Source: Patescibacteria group bacterium | GTDB taxonomy: Bacteria; Patescibacteriota; Kazan-3B-28 | DNA: 64,000 bases | NCBI GenBank assembly: GCA_028717565.1 | Contig: JAQUNP010000001.1 | Coordinates: 26,736 to 90,735 of the forward strand | Reading direction: 5' to 3' | Shown here: piece by piece, positions 35,198-46,919 of the stretch | Layout of the letters: each line of letters opens with the position of its first letter | Position numbering within the stretch: the first letter of the stretch is position 1 | Translations under genes and position numbers: made by a program | The notes under the pieces: generated by a model | Database searches by the model: none | The model's input: only the letters and a program-made list of their open reading frames with translations | What the model was told of the DNA's origin: nothing

Positions 35198-35220
35198 GAA
35201 CTTCGGTCTCGTATAAATTT

Positions 35221-35305
35221 TGGTGGCTCGGGTGGGACTCGAACCCACATGTCTTGCGACACGCGATTTTGAGTCGCGCGCGTATACCAATTCCGCCACC
35301 GAGCC
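35221..35305 (-). tRNA. tRNA-Leu (anticodon CAA), long variable arm, CCA encoded
   Basis: Hand-folded: acceptor GGCUCGG/CCGAGCC, anticodon stem CGCGA/UCGCG with loop CUCAAAA, and T arm GUGGG-UUCGAGU-CCCAC. Confidence 0.9.
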
Positions 35306-35372
35306 CTAAAATTTTATAAGATAACCGCGGTGTTTCGCTGACCAGTTTTACGGCACAGCGTTGGCTAAATAA

Positions 35373-36590
35373 TTATATTTTAATGGGAAATTTTTTAGTC
35401 AGCTTGGCGATTTCCCTCTTCGCGTAAGATAATATCGCATTGCTGCCAGGTTTGTCTAATACCTTGGCGATAACAAAAGCGATTTGCTCCATTTCTTTCT
35501 CCCCCATCCCCCGAGCTGTAACTGATGCCACGCCAAAACGGATACCAGAGGGATCAAACGGACTTCTTAAGTCACCCGGAATCATGTTTTTGTTAGATGT
35601 AATGCCTACTTTGTTTAAGGCAGTTTCAGCTATTTGCCCAGTAATCTTTTTGCTGGTTAGGTCGACCAACAACAGATGAGTGTCTGTACCGCCGGTAACT
35701 AGCGTAAAGCCTAGTTTGCTAAGAGCTTGGGCAAAAGCCCTGGCGTTGAGGATAATTTGTTTGGCATACCTCTTAAATTCAGGCGTGGACGCTCGCTGGA
35801 GGGCAATTGCCTTAGCAGCAATAATGTTTTCATGAGGGCCGCCTTGAAATCCTGGGAAAACTGATTTGTCGATAGCAGATGCTAAATTTTGTTTACACAT
35901 AATAATTGCGCCACGAGGACCTTGGAGGGTCTTGTGAGTAGTGGTCATCACCACGTCGGCATGCGGAAAAGGTTGGGGATGTACGCCGCCAGCGATCAAT
36001 CCGGCGATGTGCGAAATATCGGCTAAAAGATACGCCCCCACTTTGTGAGCAATTTGAGCGAATCGCTTAAAATCAATGGCTCTGGGATAAGCCGTAGCTC
36101 CGCAAACTATTAGTTTTGGTTTGAAGATCTTGGCCATGGTTTCAATCTCGCTGTAGTTGAGCATTCCGGTTTCGGGATCCACGCCATAGTGGGTAAATTT
36201 GTAAAGCGCACCAGAAAAAGATACCTTGTGTCCATGGCTCAAATGCCCTCCGTGCGGTAAGCTCATGGCCATGACTGTATCCCCTGGCTCTAGCAAAGCA
36301 GCATAAACCGCCAGGTTAGCCGGAGTACCAGAATAGGGCTGCACATTGGCATGATCGGCCTTAAAGAGCTTACAGGCGGCTTTGATGGCCTCTTCCTCAA
36401 TCAGATCCACCACCTCGTTGCCCCCGTAGTACCGTTTATGCGGATACCCCTCTGCATACTTGTTCATCAAAACCGAACCTACAGCTTCGCGGACCTCTTT
36501 AGGGGCGATGTTCTCGGAGGCGATCAAAGACAGGTTGGCCTGTTGTCTTTTTTCTTCATCCTTGATGAGTTGGGTGATGCTTTTTGCCAT
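35373..36590 (-). CDS. glyA: serine hydroxymethyltransferase
   Basis: LIASEN, the TTTHKTLQGPRG PLP-lysine motif, 405 aa. Confidence 0.95.
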   Translation of the reverse strand: MAKSITQLIKDEEKRQQANLSLIASENIAPKEVREAVGSVLMNKYAEGYPHKRYYGGNEVVDLIEEEAIKAACKLFKADHANVQPYSGTPANLAVYAALLEPGDTVMAMSLPHGGHLSHGHKVSFSGALYKFTHYGVDPETGMLNYSEIETMAKIFKPKLIVCGATAYPRAIDFKRFAQIAHKVGAYLLADISHIAGLIAGGVHPQPFPHADVVMTTTHKTLQGPRGAIIMCKQNLASAIDKSVFPGFQGGPHENIIAAKAIALQRASTPEFKRYAKQIILNARAFAQALSKLGFTLVTGGTDTHLLLVDLTSKKITGQIAETALNKVGITSNKNMIPGDLRSPFDPSGIRFGVASVTARGMGEKEMEQIAFVIAKVLDKPGSNAILSYAKREIAKLTKKFPIKI

Positions 36591-36672
36591 ATAAGGTAAT
36601 TCTACCTGATTTCCCTTTGATTAAGAACCACAATAAATATATACTAGGACTGATAATTTACTTGGGCTTGAT

Positions 36673-37953
36673 ATGAGAAAATACGCCTTCGTTTTGGGGT
36701 CTCATCCTTTGATTAGTTTTTTGGAGATCCTAAACATTTTAAACGTTGAAAAAATCCCCCACGAAAAGCCATTTCGCATCGGTGAGGAGATTTTGCTTAT
36801 CAAGATGAAAATCCCCGAAGCCAAACTGAAAAAGTTACAAAATATTTTGGGTGGGACTATCAAGATTATTGAGATTATGGACGAGTTCTCGGGCACTATT
36901 TTCAACCTCGATAAACTCTTGGATGAACAGCATTTAACCAAAGATTATTTTGCACAAACAGATACCAAGATAAATTTTGGCTTTTCGGTCTACAGCCAAA
37001 AAAGTTTGGTTTACGCCGAGATTAACTGGCTCAGGAATTTTGCCTTTCAACTGAAACGTCGGTTGAAGACAAAATACAGCGTACGCTATGTAGACGAAAA
37101 GAACTTTGAGCTAAGCTCGGTGATGGTGGCTAATAACAAACTGGTAGAGACCGGCGCCGAGATTATTATCATAAAACAAGACAAAGATTTTATTGTAGGT
37201 CGGACACGTACAGTACAAGATTTCAGAAGCTACGTGCAGCGGGATATGGAAAAACCATCACCTAATCCCAAGTCCGGAATGCTACCGCCCAAACTAGCCC
37301 AAATGATAATCAACCTCTCGAGAAATGCTGGACAGACACAAGTGTTTGATCCTTTCTGTGGCAGCGGGGTGTTACTGCAGGAGGGGTTGCTATTGGGACT
37401 GGAGATTCTGGGTTCCGACATCGACGAAGAAGCTGTAGAAGCTACACAGGAGAATCTGAAGTGGCTGTTAAAAACTTTTAATACTGCTGCACCGAAGATC
37501 GGCCGAGACAAGATTAAAGCAACTTCAATCCAGGGACGCACTCGGGCGGCCGACGCAACTCGCAGTCGTTGGCAAAAAGCCAACCAAACTAACGTCTTCA
37601 TTGCCACCGAGCCCTATCTGGGGCCGCCCCAAAGAAGCATCCCCTTGATCCATCATGCTAGAAAAACCGCCCAAGATTTGGAGAAACTATACCTAGGATT
37701 TTTTGAGAACCTGGCTAAGAATTACAGCAAGATTAAGAATGTGGGCATTGTATTCCCCGTGCTTAAAACTAATGAGGGTTTGCTGTATCTAAATATTTTA
37801 GATGAAGTAGAAAAAATGGGTTATAAACGCCGAGAATTCTTACCCAAAGAGGAGGCAAAAAAAGAGGCCCTCTCATCCCCCCGTGGCGGACTTTTATATT
37901 CCCGACCAGACCAGTATGTCTTGAGGGAGATATTTGTTTTTGACAAGAGATAG
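36673..37953 (+). CDS. putative RNA (guanine-N2/adenine-N6-type) methyltransferase, Trm11/UPF0020-like
   Basis: LPPKLAQMIINL...VFDPFCGSGVLLQEG motif I, preceded by a THUMP-like N-terminal region. Confidence 0.65.
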   Translation: MRKYAFVLGSHPLISFLEILNILNVEKIPHEKPFRIGEEILLIKMKIPEAKLKKLQNILGGTIKIIEIMDEFSGTIFNLDKLLDEQHLTKDYFAQTDTKINFGFSVYSQKSLVYAEINWLRNFAFQLKRRLKTKYSVRYVDEKNFELSSVMVANNKLVETGAEIIIIKQDKDFIVGRTRTVQDFRSYVQRDMEKPSPNPKSGMLPPKLAQMIINLSRNAGQTQVFDPFCGSGVLLQEGLLLGLEILGSDIDEEAVEATQENLKWLLKTFNTAAPKIGRDKIKATSIQGRTRAADATRSRWQKANQTNVFIATEPYLGPPQRSIPLIHHARKTAQDLEKLYLGFFENLAKNYSKIKNVGIVFPVLKTNEGLLYLNILDEVEKMGYKRREFLPKEEAKKEALSSPRGGLLYSRPDQYVLREIFVFDKR

Positions 37954-38004
37954 CAGATACTCTAGAATCCTAAGCGAGTAAGTACACACTTAGGGAGGTG
38001 ACCT

Positions 38005-38427
38005 ATGCCCATGCTTTCGCTAAAACGGTCGCTAGGTGCCCAGACAACCAGAAAAGGGATAGCTAGGATCCTATCCGAAGTCGGAATAGATGCAGCTCGA
38101 GAAGCTCTGCTAAGCACGAAATTCCGAGATATAACTGGTTTACAGGTCTTCCCGGTAGTACGCGGGGATCAGCCCCGCCGACCGCTTCGTCTGGTTTATC
38201 ACCCGGTGTATATTGAAAAGTCGGTGTTGGATTCCAGTTTTTGCTTGGCGTTGACAACTCGAGCAAATGTCCTGGTGGCCGAATCTTCTGCCACACAACT
38301 TACCAAAAAGCCGGGCCCAGAAGTCCTAGGGTGGCAGGCCCTAGAGATACTCGAAATGATTCTGAGCATAGCCCAGTATCATTCTTGGCAACTTCCTGAT
38401 ATCTGGTATGGACGCCATGAACCCTAA
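38005..38427 (+). CDS. hypothetical GC-rich protein (140 aa)
   Basis: GGGAGGTGA lies 3 nt before the ATG. A hairpin plus T-run follows the stop, ahead of the rpmA promoter. No domain recognised. Confidence 0.4.
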   Translation: MPMLSLKRSLGAQTTRKGIARILSEVGIDAAREALLSTKFRDITGLQVFPVVRGDQPRRPLRLVYHPVYIEKSVLDSSFCLALTTRANVLVAESSATQLTKKPGPEVLGWQALEILEMILSIAQYHSWQLPDIWYGRHEP

Positions 38428-38540
38428 CCCTACCTCTCATTGGAGAGAACCCGTCCTGGGAAACCATGGCGGGTTTGCTTGACGAAATAAATAAAAACCA
38501 GTAGATTATCCCTTGTATAAGATAACTATTATTTACCGAT

Positions 38541-38813
38541 ATGTCCCACGTTAAAGCTGGTGGTACAGCTAAAAACTTGAGAGATTCCAAGCCCAAGATG
38601 CTGGGTGTGAAGGTCTATGGAGACCAGCACGTCAAGCAGGGCGGCATTATTGTGCGTCAACGTGGCCAGAAATACAGAGCCGGCGAAAATGCCGAGATGG
38701 GTAAAGATCATACTATCTTTGCGCTTAAGGCCGGAAAGGTAGAGTTTAAGATCAAACGAGTCAACAAACACGGTACGAAAGTTGCCCAAGCAACCTTTGT
38801 AAACGTGGTCTAA
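38541..38813 (+). CDS. rpmA: 50S ribosomal protein L27
   Basis: [23 protein letters not shown]...IIVRQRG...G.N...GKDHT.FA signature. Confidence 0.95.
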   Translation: MSHVKAGGTAKNLRDSKPKMLGVKVYGDQHVKQGGIIVRQRGQKYRAGENAEMGKDHTIFALKAGKVEFKIKRVNKHGTKVAQATFVNVV

Positions 38814-38883
38814 AAAATTTCATTAAGCAACAAAAATCAACGGCTCTCCGCCAGCTGGCGGATCTTGAGCCGTTGATTTGTAG

Positions 38884-40593
<1,710 letters not shown>

Positions 40594-41751
40594 CTATTTA
40601 TAAACTCTTTCTAAGTGCTCTGGCAGACGGGTAACGATTTCATAGTTGATTGTACCAGCCCAGTCAGCTACATCTGTAGCGGTAATTTCTTTATTATGGC
40701 TCTTGCCAATCAGGACTATTTCATCACCCACTTTGGCTCGAGGACGCCGTGAAATATCTAACATGGTCATATTCATGCACACTCGGCCAACTATGGGTAC
40801 AACCGCACCTTTCAGCAGGGCGAAACCCAAATTGCTTAAGGACCTGGGCAACCCTTCGTAATATCCTACTGGGATAACACCTATGGTCATTGCCTGTTGC
40901 GCCTGGAAACTGCATCCATATCCTACAAACTCACCAGCTTTGATACGCTTGATTTGAATCAAGCGCGTATGGAAAGTTAGGGCGGGTTTCAGCTTAAAGC
41001 CGCGGGTTTTTTTGGTTCGTTTAGTCCAAAGTGCTACCCCCCGACTGGGCCAAAGCCCATACATTTCTATTCCTATCCTAACACAATTAAATCGGCTCTC
41101 CGGCATCATGGTTGCTGCCGCTGAGGCAGCTAGCGAAATAATCGGAATGTTTATGCCGGTGTCCTCTATCTTTTTTACTACTTTTTCAAAGGTTAGAATC
41201 TGGTCATTGGTATAACTTTTATTGAGTTCTGCCACACAAGCTAAATCCGAGTATAGCCCGTGCAGCTCAAATATACGTGTATGTTCGGCAATACGTTTTA
41301 TAACCGAGATGATAACCTTGCTATTATCATTAGCCAAAAAACCCAAACGATTAGCACCAGTATCCACTTTTACCCAAACGATTGCCTTTTTCTTTAAAAC
41401 CTTGGCTAAATGCTGCAGCATTCTATAAGATTCTTCGCTGAAGATAGTCATGGCGACTTTTTCTTTAATAAGTCGCTTGGCCTCTTCTTTACTCACAGCG
41501 CCAAAAACCACAATTGGTTGCAGAACGCCTTGTTTGCGTAAGGTTAGCGCCTCAGCCGCGCTAGCGACGCCCAACATGCTAGCGCCACTTTTAAAAGCTT
41601 GTCTAGCCACCTCAAAAATACCATGGCCATAGGCGTTCCCTTTGACCACGGCTATGATTTTGGTGTCTGGCTTCAAGAGTCGCTGAATCTGCTTGATATT
41701 GTGATCAATCGCTTTCAGATCAATGGTTATCACGTTCAAAGATTCATTCAC
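40594..41751 (-). CDS. alr: alanine racemase
   Basis: AVVKGNAYGHG PLP-lysine motif and C-terminal YEIVTRL. The GTG start is uncertain. Confidence 0.9.
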   Translation of the reverse strand: MNESLNVITIDLKAIDHNIKQIQRLLKPDTKIIAVVKGNAYGHGIFEVARQAFKSGASMLGVASAAEALTLRKQGVLQPIVVFGAVSKEEAKRLIKEKVAMTIFSEESYRMLQHLAKVLKKKAIVWVKVDTGANRLGFLANDNSKVIISVIKRIAEHTRIFELHGLYSDLACVAELNKSYTNDQILTFEKVVKKIEDTGINIPIISLAASAAATMMPESRFNCVRIGIEMYGLWPSRGVALWTKRTKKTRGFKLKPALTFHTRLIQIKRIKAGEFVGYGCSFQAQQAMTIGVIPVGYYEGLPRSLSNLGFALLKGAVVPIVGRVCMNMTMLDISRRPRAKVGDEIVLIGKSHNKEITATDVADWAGTINYEIVTRLPEHLERVYK

Positions 41752-41770
41752 CCCGTAGAAGATTTTAGAA
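41751..41770 (+). repeat. 20-mer repeat, copy 1 (CCCCGTAGAAGATTTTAGAA)
   Basis: 18/20 identical to 63911-63930. Forms an imperfect inverted repeat with 41871-41890. Confidence 0.8.
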
Positions 41771-41870
41771 AATAATGCTTTCGTTTTTTATTCAATACAC
41801 TAGAGTGGCTGTTACCCCATGAGTTTAGAATCCGTTAAACTAGAACTCGTTATCGCATTATTAAAAACGG

Positions 41871-41890
41871 TTCTAAAATTCTCTACAGGG
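41871..41890 (-). repeat. 20-mer repeat, copy 2 (reverse complement CCCTGTAGAGAATTTTAGAA)
   Basis: 19/20 identical to 63911-63930 in reverse orientation. Confidence 0.8.
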
Positions 41891-42008
41891 TCATTACAAC
41901 ACACAAAAGTGTACTGGCTCCACCCCCTTTGAAGCACGCTCTTATCTTATCAAAAAACCACAATCCTCCAAATCTGCTAGATGTGTGAAAGAAGAAAAAT
42001 AAAAAATC

Positions 42009-42038
42009 GGCCGCACCCTATATCGCAAGGGCACGGCC
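42009..42038 (-). terminator. intrinsic terminator of the 151-aa GC-rich gene
   Basis: On minus: GGCCGUGCCCU-UGCGAUAU-AGGGUGCGGCC followed by GAUUUUUUAUUUUU. Confidence 0.7.
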
Positions 42039-42066
42039 AGCAGGAATGCTTGGGGGGGCTTAGCTA

Positions 42067-42522
42067 TCAGTCGGCTGGTTCAAAAGAGTCGTCTCCCGAC
42101 AAAATCGTCAGGAAAAACCAGTTGCCCACGTGAGGGGCTGCGACCAACAGCACGGCGGCCGCAATCGCATGGAGCCAGAGTGTGGCCGCGATCGGCAACA
42201 GACTGGAAGTAACATGGCGATACATTCCTGCCACGAATAGGTCGGGGATCAGCCAGATAGCAAGTGTGCTGATCAGTCCATACACGATGGCCATAGCCAC
42301 CGAAAGTATTATCCCGAACCAGTCGATCGGTCCCCACCACCCAGCAGGATGAACGGCGGTAAAGACAAGTGCGGCTACGATGGCAGCCGTGGCAATGGTG
42401 ATGCCGGTCCCCCAGACACCAAACTGGAAATTCTGATGGACCAAGATGGTGACGGGGATAGATAGCAGACCCACGACCCACCACATCCAGTAGAGCTTAA
42501 AGTAATGCCCAAAGGTGCTCAT
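42067..42522 (-). CDS. hypothetical GC-rich polytopic membrane protein (151 aa)
   Basis: AAGGGAGGG plus 6 nt precedes the ATG. Four to five hydrophobic helices and its own terminator. Confidence 0.5.
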   Translation of the reverse strand: MSTFGHYFKLYWMWWVVGLLSIPVTILVHQNFQFGVWGTGITIATAAIVAALVFTAVHPAGWWGPIDWFGIILSVAMAIVYGLISTLAIWLIPDLFVAGMYRHVTSSLLPIAATLWLHAIAAAVLLVAAPHVGNWFFLTILSGDDSFEPAD

Positions 42523-42647
42523 CTTGAGCCCTCCCTTTCGAAGATGATTACGATACTGGACCTAGTATAGCAAATATTGGCTCTAGGTCAACAAAAATCA
42601 ACGGCTCAGCAGACGCCAGGTCAGCTTTGACTGAGCGCACAGACGGC

Positions 42648-43682
42648 TTAGAGCCCCCGACGATACTTGCGCAGACGCTCGACGATGTAGTTGAACCAGT
42701 ATTTAGCTGTGAGGGGCAGGTCTTGGGTGGGGATGTAGGCCTCGGCAGTGCCACCGAATCCTTGTTTGAAAAGCGACAGCCCAGCCCAAGGGTGCTTGAC
42801 TCGATGCTGGGGTGCGATGCCCCAAAAGTTATAAAACCTGCAGCCCCTTCTCTTGGCCTCTTGGATGACATGCCACTGTAGTAGATAAGACGCTCCAACA
42901 TCGTTTGGCAAACGCAAAGAACCGCTTTGATGATAAAAGGCAGAGTTACCATAAAAAATTATCATGGCGGCTGAAACTGGCTGGCCATCAATATCAGCGA
43001 AGAACATGAGCGCCTGGCCGTCTTTGGCAAAGGTCTGGAATTCATTTCGAAGGTATTCTAAAGAAAAGGGAGCAAACTGCTGCCGCTGATAAGTCGCTTT
43101 GTAAATTGGCCAAAACTCATCAACCGCACTGATGTCTGGGGTGGTTCTAATTTGAACTTGGCTTTTTTCCGCCTTACGAATCATGTACCGAGTAGTTTTA
43201 CGCATGGCCTGTAACAAGTCACTTGCTGATGGCGTAATATCTAAAATCCACGACAGTTCGGGATGAATGTGAATAGGCGCCGGCCGAAAACCCAACTCCC
43301 TGAACCACTGCCGAATAGTCGCGGAGTCAACTAAGATAGGAGCCACTCTAACGAAGTCGCAGTGATGTTTGCGAGCAAACGCTTCTGCCGATTTTGTCAG
43401 CTGGCTTAAAACTCCTTGTGACACATCGGATGCCGCTAATATGGGGCCATGGGGGCAGAGCAAAAAATCACCTCGCTTGGCTCGCACTACAATCCAAAGC
43501 GCGACCCCAATTAGTTTTTGACCTTGGTCATATATCCCCACCCGCCAAATTGTGTGATCCGACTTATAATGCTCGCCCCAATTCCACGATTGCAGAAAAG
43601 TAGCCGGTGCAACATTTTGCACAAATTTTTCCCAGATCTTTTGGTCGAGAATTTCTTTGACGGTGTAACTATTCATTTGCAT
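42648..43682 (-). CDS. FemAB-family peptidoglycan interpeptide-bridge aminoacyltransferase
   Basis: FLQSWNWGEH start region and overall FemX/FemAB-like pattern. 344 aa. Confidence 0.8.
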   Translation of the reverse strand: MQMNSYTVKEILDQKIWEKFVQNVAPATFLQSWNWGEHYKSDHTIWRVGIYDQGQKLIGVALWIVVRAKRGDFLLCPHGPILAASDVSQGVLSQLTKSAEAFARKHHCDFVRVAPILVDSATIRQWFRELGFRPAPIHIHPELSWILDITPSASDLLQAMRKTTRYMIRKAEKSQVQIRTTPDISAVDEFWPIYKATYQRQQFAPFSLEYLRNEFQTFAKDGQALMFFADIDGQPVSAAMIIFYGNSAFYHQSGSLRLPNDVGASYLLQWHVIQEAKRRGCRFYNFWGIAPQHRVKHPWAGLSLFKQGFGGTAEAYIPTQDLPLTAKYWFNYIVERLRKYRRGL

Positions 43683-44877
43683 GGTGATTAACCAGAGTCA
43701 CTAGTTTTTTGGCCTGTTCCACACTGATATTTTGGTGCGTAGGCAGGTTAAAGATATGCTCTGCCATGGCCTCGGCTTGCGGACATTGGCCGTTTCGATA
43801 GTCGGTCTTGGCCAAATATTTACGTGGGGCAATCGGAGCATCGTACCAGATATCGGATAAATAAAAACCATTTTTGCGAAGAGCATTCACCAAACGATCA
43901 CGTCCATTTACCCAAATTGGGAATCTCAAGCAGGCCGCTTGCTCAATCTGATTCGTTGGCTGAGGTATAAGAAAATGCGGATCAAGACGTTGGGCATAGA
44001 TTTTGGCTAATTTACGTCTGTGTTGCATAGTTTGTGCCAACATCTGAAATTGTCTGAGGATAAGCTGGCAGTGCCAACTGGGTAACTCATAATCAATATA
44101 ACTACGCTGTCCCACTGGACGCGGCAACCAATTTAAAGCTTTTAGTAATTTGTGTATGACCTTACCCAGCCCTACTGGATAGGTCTTTCTGATGATAGTA
44201 GTAAAAAATGGATACAACCGGTCGCGCCAATAAAGACCAGGCGGCAAAGGCAGTCGAGACCGTGGAGATAATACCGAGTTGTCATAAACTTCGTTGCGAA
44301 CGATGACAGCGCCTCCCGAAACTCCATCTACCACCTTGTCTTGGCTGAAAGAAAGAATGGTAAAGTCCCCCACCATGCCAGCTTCATGCCCAGCATCATA
44401 AACTGCGCCGATGCTATGCGCCAAATCTTCAATCAGTGCCACTTTGGCCTGTTGGCAAATACGAGAGATAGCGACCATATCCACCGGAAACCCAAGTGTA
44501 TTTTGAATAATTACCGCTCCAACTTCATGATTTTTTGACAAACAGGACGCTAGGTCTTGAGAAGAAAAATTAAGATTGCCCGGAGCGATGTCTAGGTACA
44601 CGGGTGTCAAACCAGCGGTGCGTATCGCCTGATATACAGTAAAGCAAGTAAAAGCGGTAACCACCACTTGCCGTTTCTGGCCGTGCTGCTTGATGGCTGT
44701 GAGCGCTAACGCCAGAGCGTCTCTGCCCTTGTAGGTCAAAGTTACCTTACCCGAGTAGCGAGTTTCGAGAAAAGCGACGAGCTGAGCCCGAGCATGGGGA
44801 GACGGCTGATTAAAACTAGCCATCGCAACATTTGCACCAAAGTTAGACCCTAATGAATTAAAGATTGTTCTCGTCAT
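43669..44877 (-). CDS. DegT/DnrJ/EryC1/StrS-family PLP aminotransferase
   Basis: ILSFSQDKVV (PLP lysine) and a typical family layout. 402 aa. Confidence 0.85.
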   Translation of the reverse strand: MTRTIFNSLGSNFGANVAMASFNQPSPHARAQLVAFLETRYSGKVTLTYKGRDALALALTAIKQHGQKRQVVVTAFTCFTVYQAIRTAGLTPVYLDIAPGNLNFSSQDLASCLSKNHEVGAVIIQNTLGFPVDMVAISRICQQAKVALIEDLAHSIGAVYDAGHEAGMVGDFTILSFSQDKVVDGVSGGAVIVRNEVYDNSVLSPRSRLPLPPGLYWRDRLYPFFTTIIRKTYPVGLGKVIHKLLKALNWLPRPVGQRSYIDYELPSWHCQLILRQFQMLAQTMQHRRKLAKIYAQRLDPHFLIPQPTNQIEQAACLRFPIWVNGRDRLVNALRKNGFYLSDIWYDAPIAPRKYLAKTDYRNGQCPQAEAMAEHIFNLPTHQNISVEQAKKLVTLVNHHANE

Positions 44878-45575
44878 TTTAAGAATTTGGTTATAAATCT
44901 GGAAACTTCGTGGCTATGCGTAATATGTGGCGAGTGCTTAGCGCCAGTAATTATCTCTAAATGGGCGCCGGGGATTTGGGTCTTCATCGTCAGTGCATCA
45001 GCCAGTGGAGTAGTCGTATCACCTTGCCCCCAAATAATTAAAGTGGGGACTGCGATGTCAGGGAGTACTCGAGTGAGATCGTGTGCGATCAAATTAATCA
45101 TTGTTTGGCGCATGTGAGGAGGAGCCTGATGATAGTCGCTCACTCTTGCTATCCGGTAGAGCCAAGAGCGAGCTCGCGGCGAAGCCGTGAAGAACTTACC
45201 CACTTTGGCTAACCCACGAAACACAAATCGTTTAATCCGTAACCCAAGTTCCCGATGATAAATCCCAGCGCTGTCGATAAGGATAAGTTTATGAACTAGT
45301 TCAGGATAACGCACAGTAAAAGCCAGAGCTATACGTCCACCATTAGAGTGCCCCACCAAAACCACCGGTCGGCCCGTCTGACTAATCTGACCATGCAACC
45401 AGTCAATATAGTCCTCTAGCGACCAGGGCTTGTTGAGCGAACCAGTCAGCCCAGGGATATCAAGCAGGCGAGGTTTGAGACCGGCTTGTCTTAGCATACC
45501 AATCAGCGGTTCCCACCGTTGGTGCGTATATGTCCAGCCATGCAAAACGATTAATGGGTGTTTCATAGTTCCCAC
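44874..45575 (-). CDS. alpha/beta-fold hydrolase
   Basis: Nucleophile elbow GHSNGG, C-terminal GAKHSPH (His). 233 aa. Confidence 0.8.
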   Translation of the reverse strand: MGTMKHPLIVLHGWTYTHQRWEPLIGMLRQAGLKPRLLDIPGLTGSLNKPWSLEDYIDWLHGQISQTGRPVVLVGHSNGGRIALAFTVRYPELVHKLILIDSAGIYHRELGLRIKRFVFRGLAKVGKFFTASPRARSWLYRIARVSDYHQAPPHMRQTMINLIAHDLTRVLPDIAVPTLIIWGQGDTTTPLADALTMKTQIPGAHLEIITGAKHSPHITHSHEVSRFITKFLK

Positions 45576-46840
45576 CTCCGCCTAGTTGTTTGCCATAACG
45601 CCTCTCGTCGACAAAGCTTAGCAACATCTTTTGGATGCGCTAACAAATGCTCAATGATTCCTTCTAAGAAACGAGCCCCTTTAAAGATGAGGGTCTCCTC
45701 TCCTTGCAGATGCGCCTGGATATAGTCCAGGGCGTTGCGAGGATGCAAAAAAGATATTACATTGTCAGACCCAATTTGTTTGACTAACGGCGTGTACACC
45801 GTTCTCCTCAAACGTGGGCCAACTAAAATAATTTTCTGGGGGCTGTTCGCCAAAATGGGATCGATCAGACCTAAGTGATCTGCCGTTTCGCTCTGGCCTT
45901 GTTCTATTAAATCGCCAAGAATAATCCACTTTCGCCTTGTCTTCAATTTTGATGTCATTTCGAGAATGGCGCGTGTGGAGGCCAAGTTGGCATTGTAGCT
46001 ACTATCAATAATGGTAGTTTTTTTAACTCCCTGTAAAATTGAGCTCCGACTCGGTGGCAGTTCAAATTTAGCCATACCTGGCGCTGCCAAACGAAGAATC
46101 TGTGCTGCATAAATTGTCGCCATGAGGCTATAACCAAATACCTTGGGCAACAGGTATGAAAAATTGTAACGTTTTCTAAGATACGAAAAGCTCGTACCAG
46201 TTGGGCTGATTGTGTAGTCAGAAATATCTTTTAGAGATAGTAAATGTGGCTGGGCTTGGGTGCGACTCAGCTGATTCATGATCTCGGGATTATCCCGATT
46301 GACAATGACATGGTTGGTGGTGGCTGCCAAAAAATGTCCAAATTCCCAGGCAATGGCGGATTCAACTTTCTGAAAACGCCGAGAGCGACCCACTAATCTA
46401 TCAAAATTCTGCGTATGAGTGCGATCACTACTAAGCCAAATAGTCATCCACGGCTGTAAAAATCCTGCCAAGAACTGTCCTTCGTAAGGGCGATCGCAAT
46501 CGGCCTCCACCACATATATTTTTTGCGGATAGGGCGATTTGAAGGCTCGGCCAGGAGTTTGGAAAAAAAGTTTTATCCATTCAGTTTTTTTGAAGGTAGT
46601 CCGCTTTAAGCCCAAGATATCGAATGGGATGCCAAAAGCACTATTAGCCCTATCCGAAAAATGTGCCTGATTACCCAAGACACTTTTGAGCAAATGTAGT
46701 GTGGAGGTTTTACCGTTAGAACCAGTAACTACAATAATCTGCGGGTGCCAACGTTGCAGCTGAATATTGGCAAAAAACCGGAAATAGCTGGCCACCCCGA
46801 AATACAAACGAGATTTAAGCTTACGGATGATTGAAATCAT
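45563..46840 (-). CDS. Mur-ligase family protein (MurF-like, short N-terminus)
   Basis: P-loop VVTGSNGKTST near residue 40 and IIDSSYNAN motif as in MurF. Confidence 0.8.
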   Translation of the reverse strand: MISIIRKLKSRLYFGVASYFRFFANIQLQRWHPQIIVVTGSNGKTSTLHLLKSVLGNQAHFSDRANSAFGIPFDILGLKRTTFKKTEWIKLFFQTPGRAFKSPYPQKIYVVEADCDRPYEGQFLAGFLQPWMTIWLSSDRTHTQNFDRLVGRSRRFQKVESAIAWEFGHFLAATTNHVIVNRDNPEIMNQLSRTQAQPHLLSLKDISDYTISPTGTSFSYLRKRYNFSYLLPKVFGYSLMATIYAAQILRLAAPGMAKFELPPSRSSILQGVKKTTIIDSSYNANLASTRAILEMTSKLKTRRKWIILGDLIEQGQSETADHLGLIDPILANSPQKIILVGPRLRRTVYTPLVKQIGSDNVISFLHPRNALDYIQAHLQGEETLIFKGARFLEGIIEHLLAHPKDVAKLCRREALWQTTRRRWEL

Positions 46841-46919
46841 TAGCAGCTTGCAAAATTTAGTATCGTAACTCTATTGCTACAGCTTAGAGCGCCGCCCCGG
46901 TTAGCTTTTGCCTCCAGAA

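Noticed and set aside
35198-35299. N-terminal 34 codons of the 166-aa ORF (MAELVYARDSKSRVARHVGSSPTRATK...).
   Set aside because: These codons are the reverse complement of tRNA-Leu. An internal ATG at 35197 gives a sensible TM-plus-thioredoxin protein.
38063-38789. Minus-strand ORFs 38063-38296, 38300-38596 and 38529-38789.
   Set aside because: They are antisense to the RBS-supported 140-aa ORF and to rpmA, with no start context.
41751-41890. Possible CRISPR array or tracr-like element, suggested by the repeated 20-mer with ~60-nt spacing.
   Set aside because: There are only two good copies plus one degenerate copy. The outer copies are inverted rather than direct, no cas genes are in the window, and the third good copy is 22 kb away.
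42080-42952. 134-aa ORFs at 42080-42484 and 42548-42952.
   Set aside because: The first is an alternative frame of the GC-rich membrane gene (Arg/Gly/Cys-rich). The second overlaps the FemAB gene in another frame. Both are shadow ORFs.
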